Assembly: GCF_009914755.1 (NCBI RefSeq)
Contig: NC_060926.1
Length of the DNA stretch: 64,000 bases
Reading direction: 5' to 3' (one strand)
Source of the DNA: the human T2T-CHM13v2.0 reference genome, Homo sapiens
This document shows, piece after piece, positions 29,068-42,290 of this stretch (its first letter is position 1; each line of letters opens with the position of its first letter). The notes under the pieces are model-generated. The model ran no database searches and had not been told where the DNA came from. It saw only the letters and a program-made list of their open reading frames with translations. A program made the position numbers and the translations under genes.

Positions 29068-29420
29068 TGTCTTTGTCAGTTTTGTGTTGCTATAACAGAA
29101 CGCCCAAAACTGAGTAATTTATAATGAACAGAAATATATTGGTTCATGGTTCTGGAGGCTGGGAAGTCCAAACTCCAAGACCAACGTTTGGTGAGGGCCT
29201 TCTTACTGTGTCATCTCATGGTAGAAGGTGGAAGGGCGAGAGAGAGAGAGAGCACCAAACTCCCCCTTTTATAGCAAACTCACTCCAGTGATAGTGATAG
29301 TGGCAATTCTCTCCACCCTCATGGCCTAATCACCTCTCATTAGGCCTCATCTCCCAACACAGCTACATTGGGGATTGTTTCCAGCACCAGCTTCTTGGGA
29401 AATACATTCAAACCATAGCA
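29068..29420 (-). mobile_element. MST (C/D-like) MaLR LTR
   Basis: tgtctttgtcagttttgtgttgctataacag...cattcaaaccatagca; TSD aatgg / aattg. Confidence 0.85.
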
Positions 29421-29584
29421 AATTGGTTCCTGGGAAATTAGCTTTTATATGAAAACCATCAAGAACAGCATGTATGTGCCTTGCACTAAATATTGCCTCC
29501 TGACTTAGCTTTGAGACAATGAAGAGCTGAATGTGCTTGCCATTTCAATCATTAATATGCTACAAAAGACTGTAGTTAATCAGA

Positions 29585-29735
29585 GCAGAGTGTCTCAAAC
29601 ATTAATATCTACCCAACTCACCTGGCAATCTTGTTAGAATGCAGATAATGTTTTCATGGGTCTGAAGTGGGGTCTGAGAATTTGCAGATCAAGCTGATGC
29701 CGCTTTGCCACTTCTCAGAGCACACATGAATTGTG
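29585..29735. mobile_element. MER5A-like hAT element
   Basis: tctcaaac...tcacctgg...cttgttagaatgcagat...ggtctgaagtggggtctgaga. Confidence 0.6.
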
Positions 29736-30689
29736 GAGAACCAGAAAACAGACTTGATAGAACCACAAGACAGGAAGGGCAGCTACTGAGCATCTTCAAG
29801 ATGACAGGGATAACTGCCCAAGGTTCACAAATGGCCAAGTGAGCTAACCCAGTGGATGGTTTAGGGCAGAACTAGGGTGAGGCATGACAGGCACCAGGGC
29901 ACAAAATCCAAGGAAACCCCTGCTCTCAGGTACCCATCTGCCTGTGAGAGTGAGTGTCGTCTTCAATTGGTGTCATAGACATTTTGCTTGCCTTCCTCTA
30001 GTTCCTGTTCTGATTTGCTTATCAAATCAACCTCATCCAGATGAGAGATCTTACCTCATACTAAATTTTCCTGGTAATTCTGGGTTCAGGTGGCTCTGAG
30101 TCACAGACAGACAGAGAGGAGTGGGGCAGCCTGGATAGCACCCAAGACCCTCCTTCCCACGTTAGAGACACTGTCAGGTGAGATTACTAGATGGGCTCCA
30201 AGTGAGGTTCTGTGAGGATCCATACAGTGTGGATGCTGAAGCCATTCCATACTGTGCCCCAGAGAGTTATACTACTTATGTGGCATTCTCCCCAGGGAGC
30301 CTTGCATTATAGATTCTGGTTTTATTTGCTCAAAGTTATTCATTAGGCCGGGACATTCTGTTAATGGCATTTAATAAATAAAGTCTCTTCCTCCTAGCAG
30401 ATATTGTTAGTCTCTTTCCCCATTTGTTTCATTGCCACAAAGCTCAGACCAGAGGCGTTCTACTGTTAAGCAAGTGAATGGATACAAGGCCAGCAGCTTC
30501 CACTCTTTCCTCCTGTCTCCTTGAGGCACAATTTTTACGTGTTCAATGATTTTTGGCTCACTTGGTAATAGTATTATCGGCAGTTTGCAGGAAGTTTGCA
30601 TAATTCACACAACTCGTGTAAGTGGAGGAGTCAGGAGTAGTTCTCAGCAGTTGACTTCAGAGCCTATGTTTTTAATCCCACAATGGACT

Positions 30690-31135
30690 CCTTTAAAGTC
30701 TGTGCTGACCACAAACCCTCCTTCCTTCCCACACCTTTCTGGGTCTGTGAGCCTGGCCCATATGGATGGCATCAATGGGTTTCCTTGACCTCTAGCCTCT
30801 TGTCGACTTGGGTCAGTGGGGATGGGCAGAGGTCGAAGAGAGGAGAAGATGAGACTGGGCATTTATTCATCCTGATCCCCTCCTCCAGGGTCACCTCAGG
30901 CTGGACTCCATCCCTGGACTAGGTCACAGGTGCTCTCAGGTGGCCCTCTCTGTGAACTGGGTTTGAGTGATCCCTGTTTCTCTTGCCTCTTCAGTTCCAG
31001 AGGTGCCCAGGTCCTATGTTATCCCTTATGGTCTCCAACACCACACCCAAACCTTTACAATCATTTTATTAAACTTCCTTGAATGATGCAATCTGAGTGT
31101 GATGTCTGTTTTCAGCCAGGATTCCCCCAGTTGGA
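30690..31135 (+). mobile_element. LTR33-like ERVL LTR
   Basis: atggatggcatcaatgg...tttattaaacttcc...tgagtgtgatgtctgtttt. Confidence 0.7.
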
Positions 31136-31648
31136 CTCTCACATACCTGTGGACCTCAAGTGCTCCTTCATATGTGTTTTCAATGAACTTCATCCAAACC
31201 ACATCAAATGGCTGTGTATAACACTAAGGAAATGTCATATTGTCTCCTAGTCCTCTACCATGGTAAGCTAAACTTTCATATTTTGAAATTTCTCCCTTAT
31301 TTTTAATGAAATAAGCTGTATGTGTCCTATATTGCACATGAATCTTACTGTGTGGGATGTCACAGACAGTGACATTCAGGATATTTTGAGTCCTTTCTTC
31401 CTCTCAGCTCTCCTGGGACATAGATTAAAACTGTCATCTTCAATTAAGAGAGAAGCCAACTCCAGCAGAAAGCCCGACTTTCTCAAGGTCACTGCAAGTT
31501 GTTGACGAGGGCAACATCCAGGCTCTGGCTTCCTGCCTTCCCTATGGCTTTCTTAGACTTCTGCAGAAACCCAGAAGTGTGTCCATTTTCTGCCTGGTAT
31601 GATTAGTCCATGGGATGAATTATATGGAAAACAAAAATAACTGGCATA

Positions 31649-31998
31649 AATATCCCTGATGAATATAGAGGCAAAAATCCTTAATAAAATACTAGCTAAC
31701 CAAATCCAACCGCATATCAAAAAGATAATCCATTATGATCAAGTGGGTTTCATACCAGGGTTGCAGGGATGGTTTAACATATATAAGTCAGTAAATGTGA
31801 CATGCCACATAAACAGAATTAAAAACAAAAATCACATGATTATATCAATAGACACGGAAAAAGCATTTGACAAAATCCATCATCCCTTTATAATTAAAAC
31901 CCTCAGCAAAATCAGCATAGAAGGTACATACCTTAATGTAATAAAAGCCATCTATGACAAACCCACAGCCAACATAATACTGATTGAGGAAAAGCTGA
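31649..31998 (+). mobile_element. Isolated L1P (PB-like) ORF2 reverse-transcriptase fragment
   Basis: ORF 31659-32018 [17 protein letters not shown]...[14 protein letters not shown]...[14 protein letters not shown] is canonical L1 ORF2p RT; no poly-A or TSD seen. Confidence 0.93.
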
Positions 31999-33121
31999 TT
32001 TCCATCACACTTTATTGAAGAACTGCAAATGGACTGAGGCAGCCCTAAATCTGAGCCTATTGTGGTTGCAGATGTTGTTGGAAATCGGTGACCACTCTGG
32101 GCAGCCTACTGGGGGCTCTTTAGGCAGCTCCTCCCCTCTCGTCACCCCAGCTCCTCTATTCCCACTATAATTAGAAATTTTTCATGGCCCCAGAATAGCA
32201 GCATGGAACTCCGCAATGTACCAATTCGTAAGTGCCATATTTACTACGTATTGGTAAATCACTCTGGATACTAATTGGATCTTAACTGTATCTGTTTGAT
32301 TGTTTTTAATAGAAAAAAGTGAAGTTTATTCTTTAGGAAATAAGTTTACAACGGACCACATGTGTGATTGTAGACAAATTTGCTTTGAACATTTAAAAAC
32401 AATAAGAAGGCATGACAGACTCCTTGAGCTGTCCTCAGAATGTATCTCAGGGACAGAATCAAGCAAGAGCTGTTTTAGGTTGACCCCTTGGGGTTGCCTG
32501 GGGATTGTTTACCTTTTTTCAGAGGCAATACAGGGCTGGAGTCCTACCCTGCTCTGATCCTTAAGAGACTCACACTCCCCCATCCCACTGTGTCCAGTAG
32601 GGTCTGCAGGTGAGTTTTCATCACATGTTTGTGTGCTCCTCCCTCTGCAGTTGACTTTGCACCTTTCTTCCTGTCCTGGACTGTCAGCAGGTGTTGTTGG
32701 AGGCTGGAGAGCTACTTGAGTCTCACTGAAGAATTTTCACTATAAATGAAGGCACTGCAGTCTCAGACTATGACAGCAATTGATACTGTCTGTTTCTACC
32801 ATATGGAGACATTAAGATGTTTTACCAAGTATCATGGTATTTTAGCAGGCTCTGTAAATAAAATGCAAAATGCTGCAGCCCAGCCTCTTGTTTCTGCTGC
32901 TGGAGGCTGGGAAGAGAGACAAGGGCTGACATGGAGGATGTGAAATCTATAAAACTCTTTAAGCTTCACTTGGCTGAGGGTTGGTAGTCTCCTCCCTGGC
33001 CAAACTATCCGGAAGAATTGTAAACAAGAGATACATTTGCTTGATTTAAGTTTTACTTATCATTTTATTATGAAGAAATTTAACCGTATAGCAAAGTTGG
33101 AAGAATTTTACGGTGAACATC

Positions 33122-33474
33122 TGTGATATGGGCTGAATCATATTTTTATGTTAAAGTTGTAACCCCCGCTATCACATAATGTGACTGTATTTGGAGATGA
33201 GCTCTTTGAATAGGTAGCCAAGTTACCATCATGTGTTAGGGTGGGCCCTCATCCAATCTGACTGGTGTCGTTATGAAGAAGAGGAGATTAGGACATCCAC
33301 ATGCATAGAGGGAATATCGTGTGAAGACACAGCAAAAAGGCAAAGAAAAAGGCCTTAGAAGAAACCAGCCCTGCCAACATCTTGATCATAGACTTTTAAC
33401 CTCCAGAACTCTAAGTCAACAAATTTCTGTTGTTTAAGCCACTCAGTTTGTTATGGCAACCCCAGCAAACTCAT
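33122..33474 (+). mobile_element. MLT1B LTR lacking its last bases
   Basis: atgggctgaat...gtgactgtatttggagat...gttatggcaaccccagcaaact. Confidence 0.85.
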
Positions 33475-33483
33475 GTGAGCCAT

Positions 33484-33678
33484 GTGATGATATTGAACTG
33501 TAAATCCAAGGTATGTGTGTGAATCCGTTTCCTCCCCAGGAGGTTCCATGGCCCCCGTGTGCATTTGTCCACCCCATCCCAGGATCCTTTGAACTGAGTA
33601 TGAAGCAGGGAAGCCTTTATAAACATGGAAGGAAGCCTGACTATGTTATTTCCCCTGGAACAAAAGGTGTCAATCTAC
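33484..33678 (+). repeat. Local direct duplication, copy 1 (partner 35903-36087)
   Basis: About 11 mismatches over ~165 bp plus one ~12-bp indel, aligned by eye. Confidence 0.92.
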
Positions 33679-35231
33679 ACCCATCACCTAGATTGCACTG
33701 TCATTATCCTTGCTTTATTGTGTGTCTACTTACCACTCCATCCCTCTGTCATCCATCTTCCCACTTGGTTTAAATTTACATAAGCCCAGAAGCATGTTAG
33801 CTGGAAAAGTCATTCTGACCTGAGAATAAGCCCCTGATAGCCCTCTCTATCCCAAGGATTTCAGGCTAATCTGGTCACTGAAGTTATTCAAGGTGGAGCC
33901 TCAAATAGAACTTCAGAGAGAAGTGGTCTCATTGCAGTCTGCTGCTGATAATCTTCACAGATATGGGTAGACAAGCTTCTGGAACCTTGGCTCAGTACTA
34001 CCATGTGAATTTTAGGGCACTGCTCTTGTTAGAAGTGAACCCCTCTTCAACAGCTATACTGAACTGCCAAGGACAGGCGCCTGTGGCCCTCCAGGGAAGA
34101 TACTGGAGGGAGAGATTCCTTTCATTTTTGTCTTTTGAAAGAGACTCAGTTTGTCCTTCTTGTGATCTTTTTCTTAATCATTCATGCTTGACACTATGTA
34201 CTCATCATTGATATCAGTGATAATTGTGCATTTCTGATGCACAAGTAATTTAAACAGATGAATAAAAACAATAACTTTTTTCTTTTTTTTGATCGAGAGG
34301 GTCTAAATTCTAATGCTGTGCCTCACTGATCTCTCTTTGAAAATTCCTGTGGTACCTATCATCCATATCACTGATCTTGGCCCTTCCAGTCCACTCAGTG
34401 TCACTCCACTTTTAATTTGATCTGACTGTTGGTTGCAAACTCTTAGAAGGCCCATCCAGTCTAAAACATACTACTTGTTCCTGCCCCATCCATCCAAGGT
34501 CCCTCCCGGTGTACATACTAGGTCCTTACTAAACATGTTTTGAATGAAGGGCCTGATGGAAGCATTTCCATCTATCTTTTGTGGGAACCAATACCCAAAG
34601 CTTCACTGATCTCCTGCTAGTCTATCTGTCAGAGATCATGGCTCTGGGATCCCTGTAGGAGACAGACACAGAGTGAAATGATCCTCATGAGTTAAACAGG
34701 CAGGTGACTGCAGTCAGTTGATGCCTCTGTGACCAAAGCTTTTCCTCTTATTAATCATTGTCTCCACTGCTCTGCCCATCTAAAGTCTCCCTTCAAGGTC
34801 TAGCCGGACACTTGTGTCTCTAAAGCCTTCCCTGAATACTCCATCCAAAGTAGTACATGGTGGCAAAGAACAACCAGCCAGTTTCTGATAATATATCTAA
34901 TAAATATGATATATAAATACATATATGTACACACACATATATATATATACACATATGTAATATGCTTTTTTACCTTCAACATTTTTACATTTGGCAGTTT
35001 GGTTTCAAGTATAGTATAATGTTATTGTTAGTAGTATAACAGATATGCCCCCATCACAGGTAGAGGGTACACATTAGGTCGCATTACTTTTATTAATCAA
35101 ATTTAACTCCTAGGAGCCCCCATTCTGCCAAACCCAAGAAAGCATTTTGCTTCTTTGACTTCCTGGGTGATAAATTAATCCAGGATGTCAGTTCTTGTGT
35201 TTAGTGCCTTCTAGAAAGCTGGAAAATCCAC

Positions 35232-35397
35232 TAAAGCAGAATCTCTTAAGCTTCCATGTGCATGTAAAGCCTCTGCAGACCTTATTGAAATGCAGGTTCT
35301 GATTTGGTGGGAAGGAGGCCCAAGACTCCACATATCTGATGACCTCCCTGGAGATCCCTGCACTGCCACTTTGTACACCACATTCAGAGCAGCAAGG
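35232..35397. mobile_element. MER5A-like hAT element
   Basis: ttattgaaatgcaggttctgatt...ggcccaagactc...accacattcagagcagcaagg. Confidence 0.65.
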
Positions 35398-35653
35398 CAA
35401 GAGGAGGTCCTATCATGGCAGGCTGGGCCCTTGTTCATTGCTGAGCTGTGTATATCTGGTCCCCCAAGCCCTGTTGTATCCCAGGGTCCTACCTGCTCGT
35501 GGTGGGATTTACTCAGGTGGCTGAAGGCTGCACTGCTGTCACTGGTGTGTCAGCGACAGACATCTCAAGGCTCCCTCTAAAGAAAGTCTCTTGCATACAG
35601 TACTATGGTCACTCTGTAACTCCGAGGACTCAACCCCCCACCAGTACAGCTTT

Positions 35654-35656
<3 letters not shown>

Positions 35657-35689
<33 letters not shown>
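35657..35689. repeat. (AC)n microsatellite, ~16 units
   Basis: Seen directly. Confidence 0.95.
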
Positions 35690-35691
<2 letters not shown>

Positions 35692-35902
35692 CCCCCAGGA
35701 AAGCTCATAGTGTTAGCATTTCCAACATGACCACATGCTGTAAACAGAATGAGTCTTCTCCCTTCACACTCTAAACCCGAAAGTAGAGCCTGGGACTATT
35801 ATAGGCTTTTCTTTCTCTTGTGCTGTAAGTGACTTTCAGGTCCCTGATGTCCTTGATTGCCAGGTTTCTTATATGAAATCATCCGTGTTCTTCAGAGGTG
35901 TG

Positions 35903-36087
35903 GTGATGATATTGAAGGTGTGTGTGTGTGAATTCCTCTCCTCCCCAGGAGGTTCCATGGCCCCTGTGTGCATTTGTCCACCCCATCCCAAGAACCTTTG
36001 AACTAAATATGAAGCAGGGAAGCCTTTATAAACATGGAAGGAAGCCTGATTATGTTATTTCCCTTGGAACAAAAGGTGCCAATCTAC
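35903..36087 (+). repeat. Local direct duplication, copy 2 (probable source)
   Basis: Matches 33484-33678; flanks look like unique DNA. Confidence 0.92.
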
Positions 36088-36225
36088 TCTCTCTGTATGT
36101 ATGTTACAGGAATCACACACACTCACACTAAAGGCCACAGGTAGAATTCCTCTCGAGCTGCACTGTAGAATTTGGTGGTTAGGGTTACATGCAGAAGTGT
36201 GGCTAGTCTAAATTGAGATGAGTTG

Positions 36226-36695
36226 TGTGGACCCAAAAAATCTGAGACAGGTCTCAGTTAATTTAGAAAGTTTATTTTGCCAAGGTTGAAGTTGCGCGCC
36301 CGTGACACAGCCTCAGGAAGTCCTGAGGACATGTGCCCAAGGTGGTCAGGGCACAGCTTGTGTTTATACATTTTAGGGAGACAGGAGACATCAATAAATT
36401 TATGTAAGAAGTACATTGGTTCAGTCTGGAAAAGTGGGACCAATCGAAGCAAAGGCAGGAAGACACCAAGCGGGGAGGGGGCTTCCAGGTCACAGATACA
36501 TGAGAGACAAATGGTTGCATTCTTTTGAGTTTCTGATTAGCCTTTCCAAAGGAGGCAATCAGATATGCATTTATCTCAGTGAGCAGAGGGATAACTTTGA
36601 ATAGAACGGGAGGCGGGTTTGCCCTAAGCAGTTCCCAGCTCTACTTTTCCATTTAGCTTAGTGATTTTGGGGGCCCAAGATATTTTCCTTTCACA
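36226..36695 (-). mobile_element. MER4A-type LTR
   Basis: tctgagacaggtctcagttaatttagaaag...cccaagatattttcctttcaca; perfect TSD gttg. Confidence 0.92.
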
Positions 36696-36806
36696 GTTGT
36701 AACTGTAAAATACGTGCAGAATTTCAAAGAATTTAGTAAAACAATTAAAATAAAGATTAAAAAAGAATATATCTCATTGATAGTGTTCATATTGGTTATA
36801 TGTTGA

Positions 36807-37647
<841 letters not shown>

Positions 37648-38497
37648 TTGAAATGACAATATTTTGAATGCTTCAGATTAAATAAAATGCCTCATGAAAA
37701 TTGATTTCACCTGTTTCTCTTTATTTTTTAATGAGGCTAATAGAAAATTTTAAATTACATATGCAGCTCACATTCCATTTCCATTGGACAGAGCTGCTCT
37801 AGGGAGAAAACAGTTATTTGTTAAGCAAATTATTTTGGACCCTTGGAAAGGGAGAAAATAGTCCACAGAGTAAGGCATGAAAAGAAAGGAGGAAAACCAT
37901 AGAGCTGGAGATAGGAGCTTGAATTGGCAGAAAGAGCAGAGGACGCTTGTTAAAAGCAGGAAATCCAAATATTCATTTACTTTGTTTTCAAGTTAGTGAT
38001 GTAAACCCTCTTTGTCCCTCTTGAATTTCAGGAAAATCTGCGCAGAGGCTTTCAAGGAAAATAAAGGGTAAGAGTCTAGTTCAGCTCTCTCTGGTGTGAA
38101 GTGGGGTTATAAAGCCCCAGATTGTTAAGTAGTGAGTGGCAATTTGTCAGAAGCAGAAAAGTCCAAATCAGAAGCCTGTACGCACAATGAGAGCCTCCAG
38201 AAAAATGCAGAATTCTTAGGGAGACAATTGAAATCATTAAGAAGCCATGGAATGGGCTTGTGTGTCTTGCAAGTGGGGCAGCCTTACAAAAGGGGTCACC
38301 CAGATGTCATTTTCTGGACAGTAGAGGCTCTATCAATGAACACAGCGTAGTTTCCAGCACTTTCTTATGAAAATTTGCAAACAGTCATCAAAGTTGAGAT
38401 AATGTTATAATAAGCACCCATATACTCACTACCTAGTTCTATCGTTAACATTTTACTCTCTCTCTCCCTCTCTCTCTCTCTATATATATATTTAATT

Positions 38498-38802
<305 letters not shown>

Positions 38803-38905
38803 CTATTTCTTTATCAAATCCCCCATTTATTCATAATTCCTCTTATTTTTGATACATTTTGAAGTAAATTCCATACATCAGTATACATCCTTCTAAATAG
38901 TGTGT

Positions 38906-39212
38906 GGCTGGGTGCAGTGGCTCACGTTTGTAATCCCAGCACTTCGGGAGGCCAAGGCTGGTCGATCATCTGAGGTCGGGAGTTTGAGACCAGTCTGGCC
39001 AACATGGTGAAACCCCATCTCTACTAAAAATCCAAAAATTAGCTGGGCATGGTGGTGGATGCTTATAATCCCAGCTACTTGGGAGGCTGAGGCAGGAGAA
39101 TTGCTTGAAACCCGGGAGGCAGATGTTGAGAAGTAGCAGGACTGTGCCATTGCATTCCAGCCTGGGCAACAAGAGTGAAACTCTGTCTCAAAAAATTAAA
39201 ATAAAACAAAAA
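38906..39212 (+). mobile_element. AluS (Sq/Sp-like)
   Basis: Full dimer with ggcaacaagagtgaaactc and A-rich tail. Confidence 0.93.
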
Positions 39213-39504
39213 TACTGTAGTGTGCATATTGCAGGGGATCAAGGTATGCCTCCACAAAATATGCCACTTTGGCCTAAGGATTATTTTGAGCCATAGACAA
39301 TTGAGAATCAATGGATGCAGGAAGAGTTCTCTTTCTTCCCCTTTTTTGCCTAAAAGAAGGGCATAAATTTCCCTTTGTGAGGTGTTTCTCTGTCCTATAC
39401 AAGAAAGATGAGAGCAACTCATCACCAGAGACAGAGTTGGCATCAACGGGTTTACATAAACAGACCAAAGGAAAATAACATTCAGCTTCCATTAATTTCT
39501 CACA

Positions 39505-39577
39505 TAGGTTGGTGTAAAGGTAATGCAGTTTCTGCCAAAGTAATGACAAAACTGCGATAAATTTTGCACCAACCTAA
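39505..39577. mobile_element. MADE1
   Basis: taggttggtgtaaa...ttttgcaccaacctaa palindrome. Confidence 0.88.
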
Positions 39578-39723
39578 TATTTCCTGTCACTTTCCCATAA
39601 TTTATCACTCCTAGAAGCTCAAACCTTTTTTCCTTTGTTAAAATGATTAAAATGGTATGTAAGCCCCAAGTCTAACTGCTTCTTTGAGTTTCACTTCTTT
39701 TCTGTGAACTCCCATGTGTGTAA

Positions 39724-40077
<354 letters not shown>

Positions 40078-40584
40078 AATCTGTCTTTTTTCAGTTAAAT
40101 TTACAGCCACTGTAAATTTTAAAAAGCAACCACTCTTCTGATTTTTTTCCCACCGTAGGTTAGTTTTGCCCTTTCTTGAAATTCATGTAAATGGAATCCT
40201 ACTGTGTGTACTCTTTTGATAAGGCTTCTTTTACTCAGCATGATATTTTGAGATTCATCCATGTTGTTGCAAAGCACAGCATTCAAAGGCTTTCCTCACT
40301 CAAGCAAGCCAAAACAATTTTATTTCTACTGGACTAAGCATTCAGTATGAAACTTAACATAAAGACATAGACCATCATCATAGTTCTTCTTACCCAATAT
40401 TATCTTTCCGATATTGATAATAGTAGAAAGAAATATCTGTGGACACCATAGTATCACTTCAAATGTTCATGAAGAACAACAATACTAAAACACTGTGTCT
40501 TCCTTTTGAGGACATTTGATAAATTCCTCAACCATAAATAGATCATAATGCTTCATTAATTTAGTGGATTCATTTCTTTTCTGA

Positions 40585-40957
40585 TTTTTTTATTGCAGTA
40601 ATATGCACATAACTTAAAGTTTACCACTGTAACCATTTTTAAGTGTACAGTTCAGTAGTATTAAGTACAGTTAAAGATTGTTATATAACTATCACCATCA
40701 TTTATCTCTAGAACTTCATCTTCCCAAATCAAAATTATGTACCCATTAAACAATAACCCCATCCCCCATTCCTCTAGCCCCTTAAAACCACCATTCTACT
40801 TTCTGTATCTATGATTTTGACTACTCTATTTGCCTCATGCAAGTGGAATAATGCAGTAGTTGTCTTTTTTTCACTGGTTTATGTCACTGAGCATAATATG
40901 CTCAAGGCTCATTCATGCTGTAGTGTGTGTTGGAATTTCCTTTCTTCTTAAGGCTAA
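40585..40957 (-). mobile_element. L1MB-like 3' end
   Basis: ccatttttaagtgtacagttcagtagtattaagtac...tttcttcttaaggctaa. Confidence 0.85.
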
Positions 40958-41434
40958 CTGATAAGGAGAGACTTACTTTTGTCATTTTGCTATTTGTTTT
41001 CTACATGGCTTATAGCTTTTCTGTCTTTCCTTTCTTGCATTACTGTCCTCTTTTGTGTTTAATTTTTTATAGTGAAATGTTTAAATTCCTTTCTTATTTT
41101 TTGTGTGTATTCTATAGCTATTTTCTTTGTGGTTACTATTGAGATTATCTTTAATATCATAAAGTTATAATGCTCTAATTTGTATTTAAACCAGCTTAAC
41201 TTCAATAACATATGAAAACACTGCTTCTTTACATCTCTGCCTCTACCCTTTCAGTCGTTAATGTACCATAATTACATCTGCATACTTTGTATGTTCAACA
41301 ACATAAACCAATTGTTTTTAAAAGTGAATTAGTTTCTTAGATTATGTATGAAACAAAATGTGGTTACAACCCAAAGTTACAGTAATTCTAGCTTTTAGAC
41401 TAATCATTTCTTATTTTGTTTTTTAAATAGTCTT

Positions 41435-41590
41435 TTACACACACTGAAGATCATGTGAAGAAAGAGAGAAGATGGTCATCTATACACCAAGTTAAACGAC
41501 CCTCAGAAGAAACCAACCCTATGGACAACTTGATCTTGAACTTCTAGCTTTCAGACCTGTGAGAAAATAAATTGCTGTTGTTTAAATTTA
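41435..41590 (+). mobile_element. MLT1A/B 3' fragment
   Basis: cctcagaagaaaccaaccct...gtgagaaaataaatt.ctgttgtttaa. Confidence 0.75.
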
Positions 41591-41964
41591 AAAAAACAGT
41601 CTTTTAAATCATGTATGAAACAAAGTGTTGTTACAAACCATTGTTATAATAGTACTAGCTTTTGTAATTGCCTATTTGTCCATCTTTACTGAGATCTTTA
41701 TTTCTTCATATGGCTTTGAGTTACTGAGTAGTGTCCTTTTATTTCAACCTGAAGAACTCCCTTGAGTGTTTCTCTTAGGGTATGTCTAGAAGTAACAGAT
41801 TACCTTAGCTTTCGTTAATCTGGGAATGTTGTAATTCTCCTTCACTTTTGAAGGACAATTTTTACCAAATATAGAATTTGGGGTTGATATTTTTATTTAT
41901 TTTAGCACTTTGAATATATCAGCCCACTGCCTTTTGGTCTCCAGTATTTATGATGAGACTCTCT

Positions 41965-42290
41965 TTTTTTAATCTCATAATTTACTATTTATTATTTTTA
42001 AATGTTTCTAGAGATATACAGTAATTAAACATATTTGTGGGATACACATGATATTTTGATACAAGAATATACAATGTGTAAGCTGTATATTCAATATACA
42101 ATCAGTGATCAAATCAGGATATTTATTAGGATATACATCAACTTGAACATTTATCATTTCTTTGTGTTGGGAGTATTTTAAATCTTCTTTACTAGCTTTC
42201 ATGAAATATAAAATATTGTTAACTAGTCATTCCACTGTGTTATCAAACACTAGAACTTATTCCCCCTATCTGCACTATATCTTTGAACCT
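41965..42290 (-). mobile_element. L1MA 3' end nested in older L1
   Basis: gatattttgatac...gatcaaatcagg...aacatttatcatttctttgtgttggga. Confidence 0.8.

Larger units (their letters stand above)
33060..33770 (-). mobile_element. L1ME 3' end split by MLT1B and a duplicated segment
   Basis: aaagttggaagaattttacggtgaacatc resumes at ~33679 as acccatcacctagatt. Confidence 0.65.

Noticed and set aside
33513-36131. Twin ORFs starting MCVN as a duplicated small gene
   Set aside because: Similarity is limited to the DNA duplication, one start is GTG, C-termini are unrelated, and I recognise no homology.
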